Of a stretch of 64,000 bases of DNA, positions 30,838-39,971 are shown piece by piece. Made by a program: the position numbers and the translations under genes. Source of the DNA: Leptonemataceae bacterium (GTDB taxonomy: Bacteria > Spirochaetota > Leptospiria > Leptospirales > Leptonemataceae); assembly GCA_965227295.1 (NCBI GenBank), contig OZ245742.1, positions 320,001-384,000 of the forward strand, written 5' to 3'. The number at the start of each line of letters is the position of its first letter. Positions within the stretch are counted from its first letter, which is position 1. Below the pieces are notes generated by a model. It was not told the DNA's origin. It searched no databases and saw only the letters and a program-made list of their open reading frames with translations.

Positions 30838-30933
30838 ACAAGCACTGCGATCTTAAAAGCGACTTAGCGCCATAAATTTCGCTGGACGAAAGTTACGCGT
30901 TGTATAGAAAGAGCGTCTACGAGAGGGAAAGAA

Positions 30934-31644
30934 ATGCCCGCGATTGCTGCCCGGCCTGCCACGGAAAACAAGACCATGTCCGAATCACAAAAACTGCGCA
31001 TCATGCTCGTCGACGACGAACGCATCACGCGCATGTTCATCCGTGATCTCATTGAAGGCGACGACCAACTGGAAGTCGTCGCGGAAGCCTCGAACGGCGA
31101 CCATGCCGTGTCGCTCATCAACGACGGCGTCAACAACATCGACGTGGTCCTCCTGGATCTCGGCTACAACATCGACGGCAAGAGCGGCCTGGACGCCGGT
31201 CCGGAAATTCGTAAGCTGCTTCCGAAAGTCGGAATCATCGTCCTCTCCCAGCACGACGCTTACTACGGTGAAAGCCGCTCCTGGGCGAACGGCTATCTCA
31301 TCAAGGATCAGGCGCCGGAGAAACTCGTTCAGGTCGTCCGCGACCTGGCGTTGCACAAGCGCGAGTACATCTCTGACGAAGCGCGCACCGCCGCTTCGGA
31401 CAAAAGCGGTCGCATGGCCGCCGTCGGCCAACTGGACAAACTCAGCAACATCGAGAAGAAGGTCATGGTGCTCACGGCCCGGGGCATGAGCAGCGACGCC
31501 GTCGCCCGGGAAATGGGCCGCAGCGTCTACACCATCAACAATCATCTCGTGCGCATTTACAACAAACTCAAGATTCCGCCCGAGCGTCGAAACAAGCAGG
31601 AACTGACCCGCCTGGCCACCGAGGCGCGGATCGATCTCCCCTGA
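30934..31644 (+). CDS. NarL/LuxR family response regulator
   Basis: MLVDD, VVLLD and GYLIK receiver motifs; C-terminal LuxR HTH; alternative start at 30976. Confidence 0.92.
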   Translation: MPAIAARPATENKTMSESQKLRIMLVDDERITRMFIRDLIEGDDQLEVVAEASNGDHAVSLINDGVNNIDVVLLDLGYNIDGKSGLDAGPEIRKLLPKVGIIVLSQHDAYYGESRSWANGYLIKDQAPEKLVQVVRDLALHKREYISDEARTAASDKSGRMAAVGQLDKLSNIEKKVMVLTARGMSSDAVAREMGRSVYTINNHLVRIYNKLKIPPERRNKQELTRLATEARIDLP

Positions 31645-31688
31645 CATTCCCTTGACCACGGAGCCGCCACCGTGCGGCATCTATTTCA

Positions 31689-32714
31689 GTGAGTAACGAT
31701 CAACTGGACCGCGCCGCGGCCTTCGCTCCCCGGCGCATAACCGCAACGACCTCCCCGCAGACTGGATACGAAATCTGGTTCGCCACGCTCTTCGATCCGG
31801 AATCCCGCACGGCATTGTGGCTGCGCTACACCCTCTACGTCCCGAACGACCGGGCGAAGGCTCAGGCGTTGGTGTGGCTGTCCTTCTTCGACGCCGAACG
31901 CCCGGAACACCATGCCTTTCATGCGCAGAGCTACGACCTGGCAAAGGCGAGCATTACCCCGGAAAATATCCGCATCGATGAAAATGTGCTGAGCGCGGAC
32001 GGAGCCGAGGGGAGCAGCCGCACACCGCACGGGGTGCTCAGCTACGAACTGCAATTTCACCATCGCTTTGATCCGCACTATCACGGCCCGCCGCGCCTCG
32101 CTCGCTCCGGCCTGGCCGGCGTTTCGTCGGCGGTGGTTTCGCCGTTCTGCGGCGTATCCGGTCGCATCAAGACCGGGCGCAATCGCAGCCTGCGGCTGGA
32201 TGCGAAGCGTTGCCGGGGAACCTTCGTGCACATCTCCGGCAAAGAGCGCACGCCGGAACTGTACTGGACCTTCGCCCCGTTTTTACAGGAAGGCCGGAGC
32301 AACGGCACGGAAACCGGCATCGAGGCCGTTTACGTTAAACCGCCCGGCTTTGCACCGGCGGCGTGTTTCGGAAGCCTGCTCTACGAAGGCCGGGTGATCC
32401 ACGACCGCGCCCTGACCCGCGGCCTGTTCGGACGCAATCGTTTCGCGTACCCGGAGCAACGCTTCCGGCTGAACTTCGAAGGCATGCGGGCCGAACTGCG
32501 TTCACAACTCCGACGCGAGCAGAGCACGGGCTACATCTACCGCGGGCCGTCGGGCAATCCGTTTTTCATTGTCCAGAGCGACGTAAGTTCGTGCGATCTG
32601 AAGTTACGTGCCTACGACGGCCGCGAACGCCGCTACCATTCCGACCTGGCCGCCGTGGAGTTCCACGGCGCGAAGGCCTGGCCGGGGGTGATGTATATGG
32701 ATCCGTACGAGTGA
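31689..32714 (+). CDS. Hypothetical protein (possible tocopherol-cyclase/AttH-like beta fold)
   Basis: GYEIWF...ALWLRYTL pattern; beta-rich; the fold is a guess. Confidence 0.6.
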   Translation: MSNDQLDRAAAFAPRRITATTSPQTGYEIWFATLFDPESRTALWLRYTLYVPNDRAKAQALVWLSFFDAERPEHHAFHAQSYDLAKASITPENIRIDENVLSADGAEGSSRTPHGVLSYELQFHHRFDPHYHGPPRLARSGLAGVSSAVVSPFCGVSGRIKTGRNRSLRLDAKRCRGTFVHISGKERTPELYWTFAPFLQEGRSNGTETGIEAVYVKPPGFAPAACFGSLLYEGRVIHDRALTRGLFGRNRFAYPEQRFRLNFEGMRAELRSQLRREQSTGYIYRGPSGNPFFIVQSDVSSCDLKLRAYDGRERRYHSDLAAVEFHGAKAWPGVMYMDPYE

Positions 32715-32721
32715 GCCTTGC

Positions 32722-32970
32722 TCAGCGAGCGATGGCGCGATAGATGATGAGGATCAACAGGGCCCCGCCCACGGCGATGACCAGGCTGTAGAGAGTAAAA
32801 CCGTTGATGCTACCGAAGCCCAGGTGCGAAGCGATATAACCGCCCAGGAGCGCGCCGCCGATACCTAACAGAATCGTCACAATCCAGCCGCCGGGATCAC
32901 GGCCGGGGAGAATGATCTTGGCCAGCACGCCGGCAATGAGTCCTAATACAATCCACGCTAAAATTCCCAT
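32722..32970 (-). CDS. GlsB/YeaQ/YmgE family membrane protein
   Basis: WIVLGLIAGVLAKIILPGRDPGG...LGIGGALLGG. Confidence 0.93.
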   Translation of the reverse strand: MGILAWIVLGLIAGVLAKIILPGRDPGGWIVTILLGIGGALLGGYIASHLGFGSINGFTLYSLVIAVGGALLILIIYRAIAR

Positions 32971-33010
32971 GAGCGGTATTTAGCAGACGCGTAAATAATT
33001 ACAAGCGAAT

Positions 33011-33958
33011 TCACGCACCTTTCCGCCGCATGCGTTCCGCCGCAAACGCGATCCCCATGGCGTTGATGCCGATGTCGAGTTTCAGGAGTTTCCAGGCCCG
33101 GTCGTCGAAACCACCGCCCGGCATCGCCTCGACCTTCTTGCGAAAGTACGTGCGCACGCCGTCCTCGCAGAATCTCTGCAGGGCGTCCCCGGACTGACCG
33201 CAATCCACCGCCCGTTGCAGCAGCGCTTCAAAGGCGTCGAGGCCCTCCAGCATTTGACGTTCGCCCGCGTCCAGGTCCGTGAACTCGCCGAAGTGTGTAA
33301 GATAAGCGCGCCCCGCCCCGCTCTCGCGAATCTTGCGAACGCTGCGCCGGGCCTCTTCCGGATGAAACTGCGTCGGCGTTGTCGAAGGATACAGAAACGG
33401 GCCGGCCTGTTGAATGTCGGCGTAACCAATGCCGAAGCTGTCGCCGGTAAAGATGCCGTTGGAACGATCGTCATGAATGCAGAAGTGATGGTCGGCGTGG
33501 CCGCGGGTAAACAAAAACGTTAACTTGCGATCACCGAAACTCAGGACCTCGCCGTCCTCCATAACGCGCACGCGTTCTTCGGGGACGGGATGGATCTCCC
33601 CGTACAATTTCGCGAAGGCTTCGTCGCCGTAAACCTGCTTCGAGCTTTCCACCAGGCGTTCCGGCTGAATCACGTGACGCGCCGCCTTCGGATGGGCCAG
33701 CACCGTCGCGTTAGGGCAATGCTTCAGCAGTTCCGAAGTACCGCCGGCATGATCCAGGTGCACGTGGGTGATGATCGCGTAGTCCACGTGCTCCGGCCCG
33801 AGGCCGTGATCGTGTAATGCCTGGAGCAGACGCGGAACCGCGTGAGTGGTATTGTTTTCGACGAAGGCGGCCCGCTCCCCCTCGATCACGAGGAAGGCCG
33901 CCGCCGCGCGAGGATAAACGTAATCGCAGTCAATGGTAACGACGCCGGATTCGGACAT
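33011..33958 (-). CDS. MBL-fold metallo-hydrolase
   Basis: THVHLDHAGG, GHADHH, FTGD, THFG. Confidence 0.93.
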   Translation of the reverse strand: MSESGVVTIDCDYVYPRAAAAFLVIEGERAAFVENNTTHAVPRLLQALHDHGLGPEHVDYAIITHVHLDHAGGTSELLKHCPNATVLAHPKAARHVIQPERLVESSKQVYGDEAFAKLYGEIHPVPEERVRVMEDGEVLSFGDRKLTFLFTRGHADHHFCIHDDRSNGIFTGDSFGIGYADIQQAGPFLYPSTTPTQFHPEEARRSVRKIRESGAGRAYLTHFGEFTDLDAGERQMLEGLDAFEALLQRAVDCGQSGDALQRFCEDGVRTYFRKKVEAMPGGGFDDRAWKLLKLDIGINAMGIAFAAERMRRKGA

Positions 33959-33964
33959 AGCGCC

Positions 33965-35161
33965 TTAGAATTCGAAGCGCGCGCCGACGGTGGCGCCGTA
34001 CGTGCGCCCCGTGGTCATGCCCTCGATGCCGAGCTTCAGGATCCAGAGATTGAATTCCAGCCCGCCCTTCCAGTAATAGATGTCCTTCGGAACTTCGGAT
34101 TGATCGTACAGGCTGATGCCCAGCGACGCCACCTCCGAGTTGCCCTGAAAGCTGCTGAGCAGATCCGCGGGAATGTAGTCGAGGTATTCCTCCGGAATCT
34201 GCGGAAGTTCCGCGGAGGAACGAATGGTAACCGGGCCGTTCCGCGTGAGAATGAAACGGGTATCGCCGTCGCTATGGACGTAGCCGGCGCCCACGGTAAT
34301 GTTAAAGAGATAGAGCAACTGGATGCCCGTGGTGATTTCCACCGGGAAGCTGCGAATGTTGTTCTCCCAGAAGATGTTATCGCGCCCCGCCCATTCCAGG
34401 GTTACGCCTTCTTGCAGAGCCACTTCCAGGGTATTCGTCTCCGCGCCGAAGGTCACGCGCTGGGATGTCGTGGCCACGCCCACACCCAGGGAGACCCCGC
34501 GAAAGCGCAGCAAGGGACCGGCGGCGATGTTGCTACCCTCCACGAGATGATAGCGCAACTCGACCTTCTGCGACTGCACGTGGCCGTCGATGCTGCCGTC
34601 GATCTCATCGCCGATGCTGTCCATGCTCTCGGAATGATCGATGAAGCTGAAGTAGATGTCGAAGCGATACGGCGAAAGCCAGCCCGGTTTCACGGCGCCG
34701 TCGGCATACGGGTCGTGGGCCTTGCCCATGAGATAACCCAGGTTGATCCCCGCGAAGAAGCGGCCGTTCACCGAGGCCCCCGCGCTCGGCGCGTCCTCGA
34801 TGATACCAACATTCGGAATGTAGATGTCCTTATCCTCCACCGGGCGAAAGCCGGCGGAGGCGTAGCCACCCGCGGTAAAAGTATTCAGATTTACCGTTCC
34901 AATGTATGGTCCGGCGGCATTCGCCAGGATGAGGCTTTCGGCGATTTTGTCGAAGACCTCGCTGGTGTACTGGTTCTGGAATTCGTAGAAAATGGCGTTG
35001 TACTCGTCCGGAGTCAGCGGAATGAGCGCACAGTTCGGCCCCGAGCAGGAGATCTGGGCTTCCACGGCGGACGGCGCTAGAGCGCACAGGAACAGCGCCA
35101 AACCGCCGCAAAAGGCGTGGAATCGGGATCGGAGCGAAAGGAAAGTGTGATGATCAGACAT
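33965..35161 (-). CDS. Outer-membrane protein, Leptospira Lsa36-like
   Basis: Signal peptide ending VEAQ; ISCSGPNC N-terminus; amphipathic strands; C-terminal Phe (GARFEF). Family recalled, not searched. Confidence 0.6.
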   Translation of the reverse strand: MSDHHTFLSLRSRFHAFCGGLALFLCALAPSAVEAQISCSGPNCALIPLTPDEYNAIFYEFQNQYTSEVFDKIAESLILANAAGPYIGTVNLNTFTAGGYASAGFRPVEDKDIYIPNVGIIEDAPSAGASVNGRFFAGINLGYLMGKAHDPYADGAVKPGWLSPYRFDIYFSFIDHSESMDSIGDEIDGSIDGHVQSQKVELRYHLVEGSNIAAGPLLRFRGVSLGVGVATTSQRVTFGAETNTLEVALQEGVTLEWAGRDNIFWENNIRSFPVEITTGIQLLYLFNITVGAGYVHSDGDTRFILTRNGPVTIRSSAELPQIPEEYLDYIPADLLSSFQGNSEVASLGISLYDQSEVPKDIYYWKGGLEFNLWILKLGIEGMTTGRTYGATVGARFEF

Positions 35162-35267
35162 GGGCTTCTCGGTTCTTCCTAATAGACGGCCCGCGGTGCA
35201 CGGATATCAAGTACAACAGGCGCGCCGCGGTTTTTTTTCACGGCTTTTTTCGCCCAATGCGACAGAA

Positions 35268-35870
35268 TCAGGGCTGCTTCTTTCGGGAATGCAGCGCTCT
35301 CTGGAGGTCCTGCACGGCGGAACCGAGGTCCAGGCCGTCCTCCAGCACGCGCTGCATGAGGTCCTCGAGGATGCCCTGGCGCAGCGATTTCGGCATGGCG
35401 GCGAAATCCCGCAGGGCGGCGCGATCCTGAAGCAGGAGCTCCAGAAAGTCCGATACCGCGGGAAGGTCCGCGCCCGGGAATAGATGGCGGCTCAAAGCGA
35501 GGAAGCGCGCCGCGTCCTCCGGCGGCAGCCAGCGAAAGCGATTGTGCAGGCGATTTTCGTCCGGATCAAAGGCGTGGGCCGGTTCCATGAGGGAATCCAG
35601 GCGCCGCACGTTGTCGCCGGACTCCGGGACATCGGCCCCGCGATCGTTCCCCAGGCGCAGTTCCTCCAGGCGCAGGCAAATGCGGCTGATCCGTCCGGCG
35701 TCGCCCTCCTCCGCGATCAGCGGGTAAAGCGCCCGGGCGGTCTGCCGGTCGCAGCCGTTCAGGTACATTTGCAGCTCATAGTAGAACGAGCGGTCTTCCG
35801 CCGACAACGAACGGAACCGTTCCTGGAACTCGCCGTCCCGATCCAGAGGATGATTCAATGGTCTGCCCAT
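35268..35870 (-). CDS. Hypothetical protein
   Basis: 200-aa helical ORF with genome-like codon usage. Confidence 0.65.
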   Translation of the reverse strand: MGRPLNHPLDRDGEFQERFRSLSAEDRSFYYELQMYLNGCDRQTARALYPLIAEEGDAGRISRICLRLEELRLGNDRGADVPESGDNVRRLDSLMEPAHAFDPDENRLHNRFRWLPPEDAARFLALSRHLFPGADLPAVSDFLELLLQDRAALRDFAAMPKSLRQGILEDLMQRVLEDGLDLGSAVQDLQRALHSRKKQP

Positions 35871-36103
35871 GTTGCGTACTTCGAATGAGGGGGCCGCAAA
35901 TGCAGCGCACCTCGTTTAACCTGTTAATTTAGCGATGAAGACGGCCCCGTGCAAATCTTCCAAATAGTTTTGTTTGAGATTGTTCAATTTTCTTACAATT
36001 TGCGCTCGGATAGTCCGTGAAAATACGTACACCGCGAGCCAATGTCGCCGGGCTGCTCTTACCGCACTGCCGGATGAGCAACCTCGCCGCACGGCCGAAG
36101 CGG

Positions 36104-37189
36104 TCAACCGGAATGCCGGGGGAGTTCCATGGTCAGACAGTGAATCCCACCGCCCTCTAACATTATCTCACGTGCATCTACGCCGACAATGCGGTGCTCC
36201 GGAAACAACGTCGCGAGGATCGCTTCGGCTTCACGATCGCTCGCCCCGGCAAACGTGGGCACAAGCACCGCCGTGTTCGTTACGTAGAAATTCGCGTGGG
36301 TGTAGGGCGGTCCGTCCGTCGTCCACTGCGGCATGGGTAATTCCAGGAGCTCCCAGGCGGAGCCGTCGTCTCGGCTCCGAATCCATTCGCTTAACTTACG
36401 ATAATTGGCGGACAGAATCTCCCGGGCCGGATGCCCGGGCCCGGCCGTCGCACTGAGAATTCGTCGGCTACCGGTGAAACGCGTGATCATATCCACGTGA
36501 CCGTCGGTATCGTCCCGGGGCAGGCCGGCCTCCAACCACAGTACGTCGCCGACACCGAAGCGACGGCGCAAGAGCGCGTCGACATCCGCGAAGGTGAGCC
36601 GGGGATTGCGGTTCTCGTGCAGCAAACACTGGCGCGTGGTGATCATCACGCCGGACTCTCCGCTCCCGCCGTTGCATTCCAGGGCCCCGCCCTCGATAAA
36701 GATCTCCTCTCGTAAGATCCGTTCGCGCGAGTTGTTTCGTAAGTTTAGTTTATCGATGATTAAGGCGGCGGCGGCATCGTCCCGGACGTGGGGCTCGTAC
36801 TTCCCGCCCCAGCCGTTGAAACGGAAGTCCAGGGACAGCGCATCGTTGCGGCCGTCCAGCGGCAGCATGCGCAGCGGTCCGTAGTCGCGGATCCAGACGT
36901 CGTCCGTGGGAATATGCAAAAACTCAACGGCGTGCCGGGAGTCGTAGTGCGGACTCTGCTCGAGAACGGCGCGCGCCGCGTCCTCGGCTCGTGCGTCGTT
37001 GACGAGGATCAGCACCGTTTCGCCCGGAGCGACGGCGTGAGCGATGTCGGCGAAACGCGCGGTGACAATTTCGTAACGACCGCTCCAGAGTTCCGGCCGC
37101 TGCGGCCAGGCAAGGAGCGTGGCGGCGTGGGGCTCCCACTCGGCCGGACGGCGGTACGCGGGCTGCGTGGTCTGGGTCACAGGCGACAC
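36104..37189 (-). CDS. aguA: Agmatine deiminase family protein
   Basis: PAEWEPH, DVWIRDYGP, FNGWGGKY, EGG, DDTDGHVD, GGGIHCLT; GTG start near 37189 or 37180 chosen to avoid overlap. Confidence 0.9.
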   Translation of the reverse strand: MSPVTQTTQPAYRRPAEWEPHAATLLAWPQRPELWSGRYEIVTARFADIAHAVAPGETVLILVNDARAEDAARAVLEQSPHYDSRHAVEFLHIPTDDVWIRDYGPLRMLPLDGRNDALSLDFRFNGWGGKYEPHVRDDAAAALIIDKLNLRNNSRERILREEIFIEGGALECNGGSGESGVMITTRQCLLHENRNPRLTFADVDALLRRRFGVGDVLWLEAGLPRDDTDGHVDMITRFTGSRRILSATAGPGHPAREILSANYRKLSEWIRSRDDGSAWELLELPMPQWTTDGPPYTHANFYVTNTAVLVPTFAGASDREAEAILATLFPEHRIVGVDAREIMLEGGGIHCLTMELPRHSG

Positions 37190-37260
37190 AAACAGGGCGC
37201 GGAACTGGCAGGCAATTAAGAAACGCTTGTCCTTCCCGGGGCCGGGAGTTACGCCGGGGT

Positions 37261-38433
37261 ATGAGCGCGCAGGACTCCGAACGCGAACCAGAAAAAACCG
37301 AAACGCCGGACAAAGAGCCGCAGCCGGGCGTGCGACCACCGACGCCCACCGAGGCCATGCAGCAGCGCTTCGCCGGCCGGCTGGAGAACATCTGGTTCAG
37401 CGTCCTGTTTTTAGGCATCGGCGCCCTGATCGTTCTGATGGCCTGGCCCTTTCTCACGGCCATCATCTTCGCGTTGATCATTGCCGGTTCGTTCTACCCG
37501 CTCATGCGGTACCTCGTCGACAAACGCGGTCTGGGGCGCACGCTCAGCGCGTCGCTCGTGACGACGCTCATCATCCTCTCGGTCTTTCTGCCGATGGTCT
37601 ACGTGATCGTGCGGCTCTCCCAGGAAGCCGTCTTCGCGTACGAGGAATTCACGAAGACCACCCGCGAGGGCGCGCTGATGGAACTGTTCTTCGGCCAGGA
37701 GTCCTGGCTCGCCGGCCTGGGTCGCCAGCTCTTCGGCTTCCTGAACATCGACTACAATCCGGAGCAGGTCCGCAACATGCTGATCGACTTCGCCGGCACC
37801 CTCACGCAATGGATCTACGATCGCGCCACGAGTTTCATTTCGAACATCATGTATCTGCTGCTGCAGATTTTCATTATGCTGCTCGTGATCTTCGGCGTAC
37901 TGCAACGCGCACCGGACCTGCGCGACTTCTTCTTTAAGCTGTCCCCGCTGCCCGAAGAAGACGAACGGCTGATCATCAATCGCTTTAATCAAATGAACTA
38001 CGTCACCATGGTCTGCAACGGCCTCGGCGGCATTCTCCAGGGCGTGCTGGCGGGCCTCGCGCTGTGGGCTCTGGGTTTCAAGGCGGTGATCCTGTGGACG
38101 GTGATCATGTCCATCCTGGCCTTTATTCCGCTGGTGGGTATTTCGTTCATCTACGTTCCGGCGTCGTTGTATCTGGCGATCACCGGCAACTACGGATCGG
38201 CGGCGTTTTTGTTTATCTATTGTTCGCTGGTATCCCTGGCCACGGAGAACTGGTTCAAGCCCGTGTTCATGGGTTCATCGGTGCAGTTGAATTCGTTGCT
38301 CGTGTTTCTGAGCATCATCGGCGGCATGGCGGTCTTCGGCACGGCCGGCATCTTCTACGGCCCGCTGATCATCATCATCTTCCTGACGTTCGTGGAGTTG
38401 TACCACAGGAAGTACGAGACGCGATTGAATTAA
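37261..38433 (+). CDS. AI-2E family transporter
   Basis: Multi-TM; FIPLVG, ENWFKP, LSIIGGMAVFGTAGIFYGP. Confidence 0.92.
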   Translation: MSAQDSEREPEKTETPDKEPQPGVRPPTPTEAMQQRFAGRLENIWFSVLFLGIGALIVLMAWPFLTAIIFALIIAGSFYPLMRYLVDKRGLGRTLSASLVTTLIILSVFLPMVYVIVRLSQEAVFAYEEFTKTTREGALMELFFGQESWLAGLGRQLFGFLNIDYNPEQVRNMLIDFAGTLTQWIYDRATSFISNIMYLLLQIFIMLLVIFGVLQRAPDLRDFFFKLSPLPEEDERLIINRFNQMNYVTMVCNGLGGILQGVLAGLALWALGFKAVILWTVIMSILAFIPLVGISFIYVPASLYLAITGNYGSAAFLFIYCSLVSLATENWFKPVFMGSSVQLNSLLVFLSIIGGMAVFGTAGIFYGPLIIIIFLTFVELYHRKYETRLN

Positions 38434-38505
38434 GAAGTGCCACCACCGAGGCGCGAAGGACGCGGAGAGGCGATGTGGAGGAAAGCCGTGCCCGGATAGA
38501 CACGG

Positions 38506-39276
38506 TTAACGATTCTTCCCGGCGATCATGTTGACGGCCTTTTCAAACTCCGGCGTTTTCACGAGTTCCATGGCCGCGCGTACGGCCTCGGGTTCGTCGC
38601 GGTCGATGTCTTTGAGGATGGCCGCACGGTACGCGTTGCGGGTCATCATGTAAGAGACCTTTTCCAGACGAAAGATGGCGTCCATGCGCTTGAGGCACAT
38701 CTTGCGCAGCTCCTCTTTCGATTCGGCGACTCCGTCGATGAGGCCGATGCGTTCGGCTTCGTCCGGTTTGAACGCCGTGCCTTCCATGACGGAACGTACG
38801 CTCGCCGGAACCACGAGGCGGCTGATCATATGCAGATACACCACCGGCAATGACAGACCCACGGCCAGTTCGGAAAATCCGTAGCGCGCGCCGGTGTTGA
38901 TCATGTAACGATAGTCCGCGCAGGAAGAGATGACGGCACCGCCGGCCATGGCGTGCCCGGCAATCTCCGTGATCCACGGCTTCGGAAAACGAAGGAGCGT
39001 GCCGTAGACCTTAATCATGGCGGCGATGGTGTTCGCGCGGGTGGCCTCGTCGCTTTCGAGCAGGGTTTTGCCGTCGAGGCCGTTGGAGAAAAACTTCTCG
39101 TTCGCCGAGTTTACGAGGACGCCGTCGGCATTTTCGCCGGCCTGGTTGAGCGCGGCCACGAACGCGTCGAGCAAAGGGGCGCTGAGCGTGTTGTTGGGCG
39201 GGATTGCGTTGATAGTGAGAATCGCGAGCTTGCCGTTTTTGCGGTCTTCGTACGAGATCGGGAAGTTTTCGGACAT
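38506..39276 (-). CDS. Enoyl-CoA hydratase/isomerase family protein
   Basis: FFSNGLDG, AGHAMAGG, GFSELAVG. Confidence 0.92.
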   Translation of the reverse strand: MSENFPISYEDRKNGKLAILTINAIPPNNTLSAPLLDAFVAALNQAGENADGVLVNSANEKFFSNGLDGKTLLESDEATRANTIAAMIKVYGTLLRFPKPWITEIAGHAMAGGAVISSCADYRYMINTGARYGFSELAVGLSLPVVYLHMISRLVVPASVRSVMEGTAFKPDEAERIGLIDGVAESKEELRKMCLKRMDAIFRLEKVSYMMTRNAYRAAILKDIDRDEPEAVRAAMELVKTPEFEKAVNMIAGKNR

Positions 39277-39316
39277 GGTCCGAGGATGGGACGGCGATCA
39301 AGGCAGGCAAGCCTTT

Positions 39317-39619
39317 TCAATCTGCTGCGCGATGTTTCCAATAATCGGGGCGACGTTTTTGGTGAGCCACGGCGATGATATAGACTTTTTGATCGTCGAA
39401 GCGATAGATGATGCCGAAAGGAACGCGGACCAGAGATCGGCATCGATACGGCGGATCAATCACCGGCGCGGATTCGGGATACATGCAGAGACGCCTGACG
39501 GTCGCCTCGAATTGTCAAATGAATCGCTTCGCGGCCGGCGCACCAAATTCGGCAACGGTGTAATCAATGGCAGCGAGATACTCCTGCTCTGCATCCGGAG
39601 CAAAACTAGAACTGCGCAT
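39317..39619 (-). pseudogene. RelE/ParE toxin interrupted by an in-frame TGA at codon 35
   Basis: Translated by hand: MRSSSFAPDAEQEYLAAIDY...AAKRFI*QFEATVRRLCMYPES...PFGIIYRFDDQKVYIIAVAHQKRRPDYWKHRAAD; stop at 39515-39517. Confidence 0.85.
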
Positions 39620-39854
39620 CCAGATGCGCCCGTGCGGAGGCCAGGACCTGCTCCCCGGAAACGAACTTCGAGTTGCCGGATTGCAGAGCGGCCCAGCGCC
39701 GCTTTGCTTCATCCACCCAGGCCTGCTCCACTTCCGGATCCGATCCGACAGAGTTTTCCGACAGACTCTCCGACAGACTCTCCAGCAATTGCAATCGTTC
39801 TGACTCAGGGAGGGCCAGAGCGGCTTCTTTGATTTCTTCGAGACTCTGCGCCAT
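39606..39854 (-). CDS. Addiction-module antitoxin (TIGR02574-like)
   Basis: ALALPESERLQLLESL...EVEQAWVDEAKRR; overlaps the toxin start. Confidence 0.88.
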   Translation of the reverse strand: MAQSLEEIKEAALALPESERLQLLESLSESLSENSVGSDPEVEQAWVDEAKRRWAALQSGNSKFVSGEQVLASARAHLDAQF

Positions 39855-39971
39855 GGCCCCATACTACTTCGAGGATACCCGCTCGGTCCACAACTTTTGT
39901 GTCACGAATCATCAACTCCCGGTCACCGTCGATCATTGCGAGGCGGGCCGTATCATGCTACATCTACCGGC

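Noticed and set aside
30934-31644. Response regulator as cognate of the kinase at the window end
   Set aside because: The families are compatible, but the genes are 32 kb apart and nothing in the sequence links them
39515-39517. Selenocysteine recoding of the toxin TGA
   Set aside because: The position is not a Cys-type catalytic site in RelE/ParE toxins and I see no convincing SECIS hairpin
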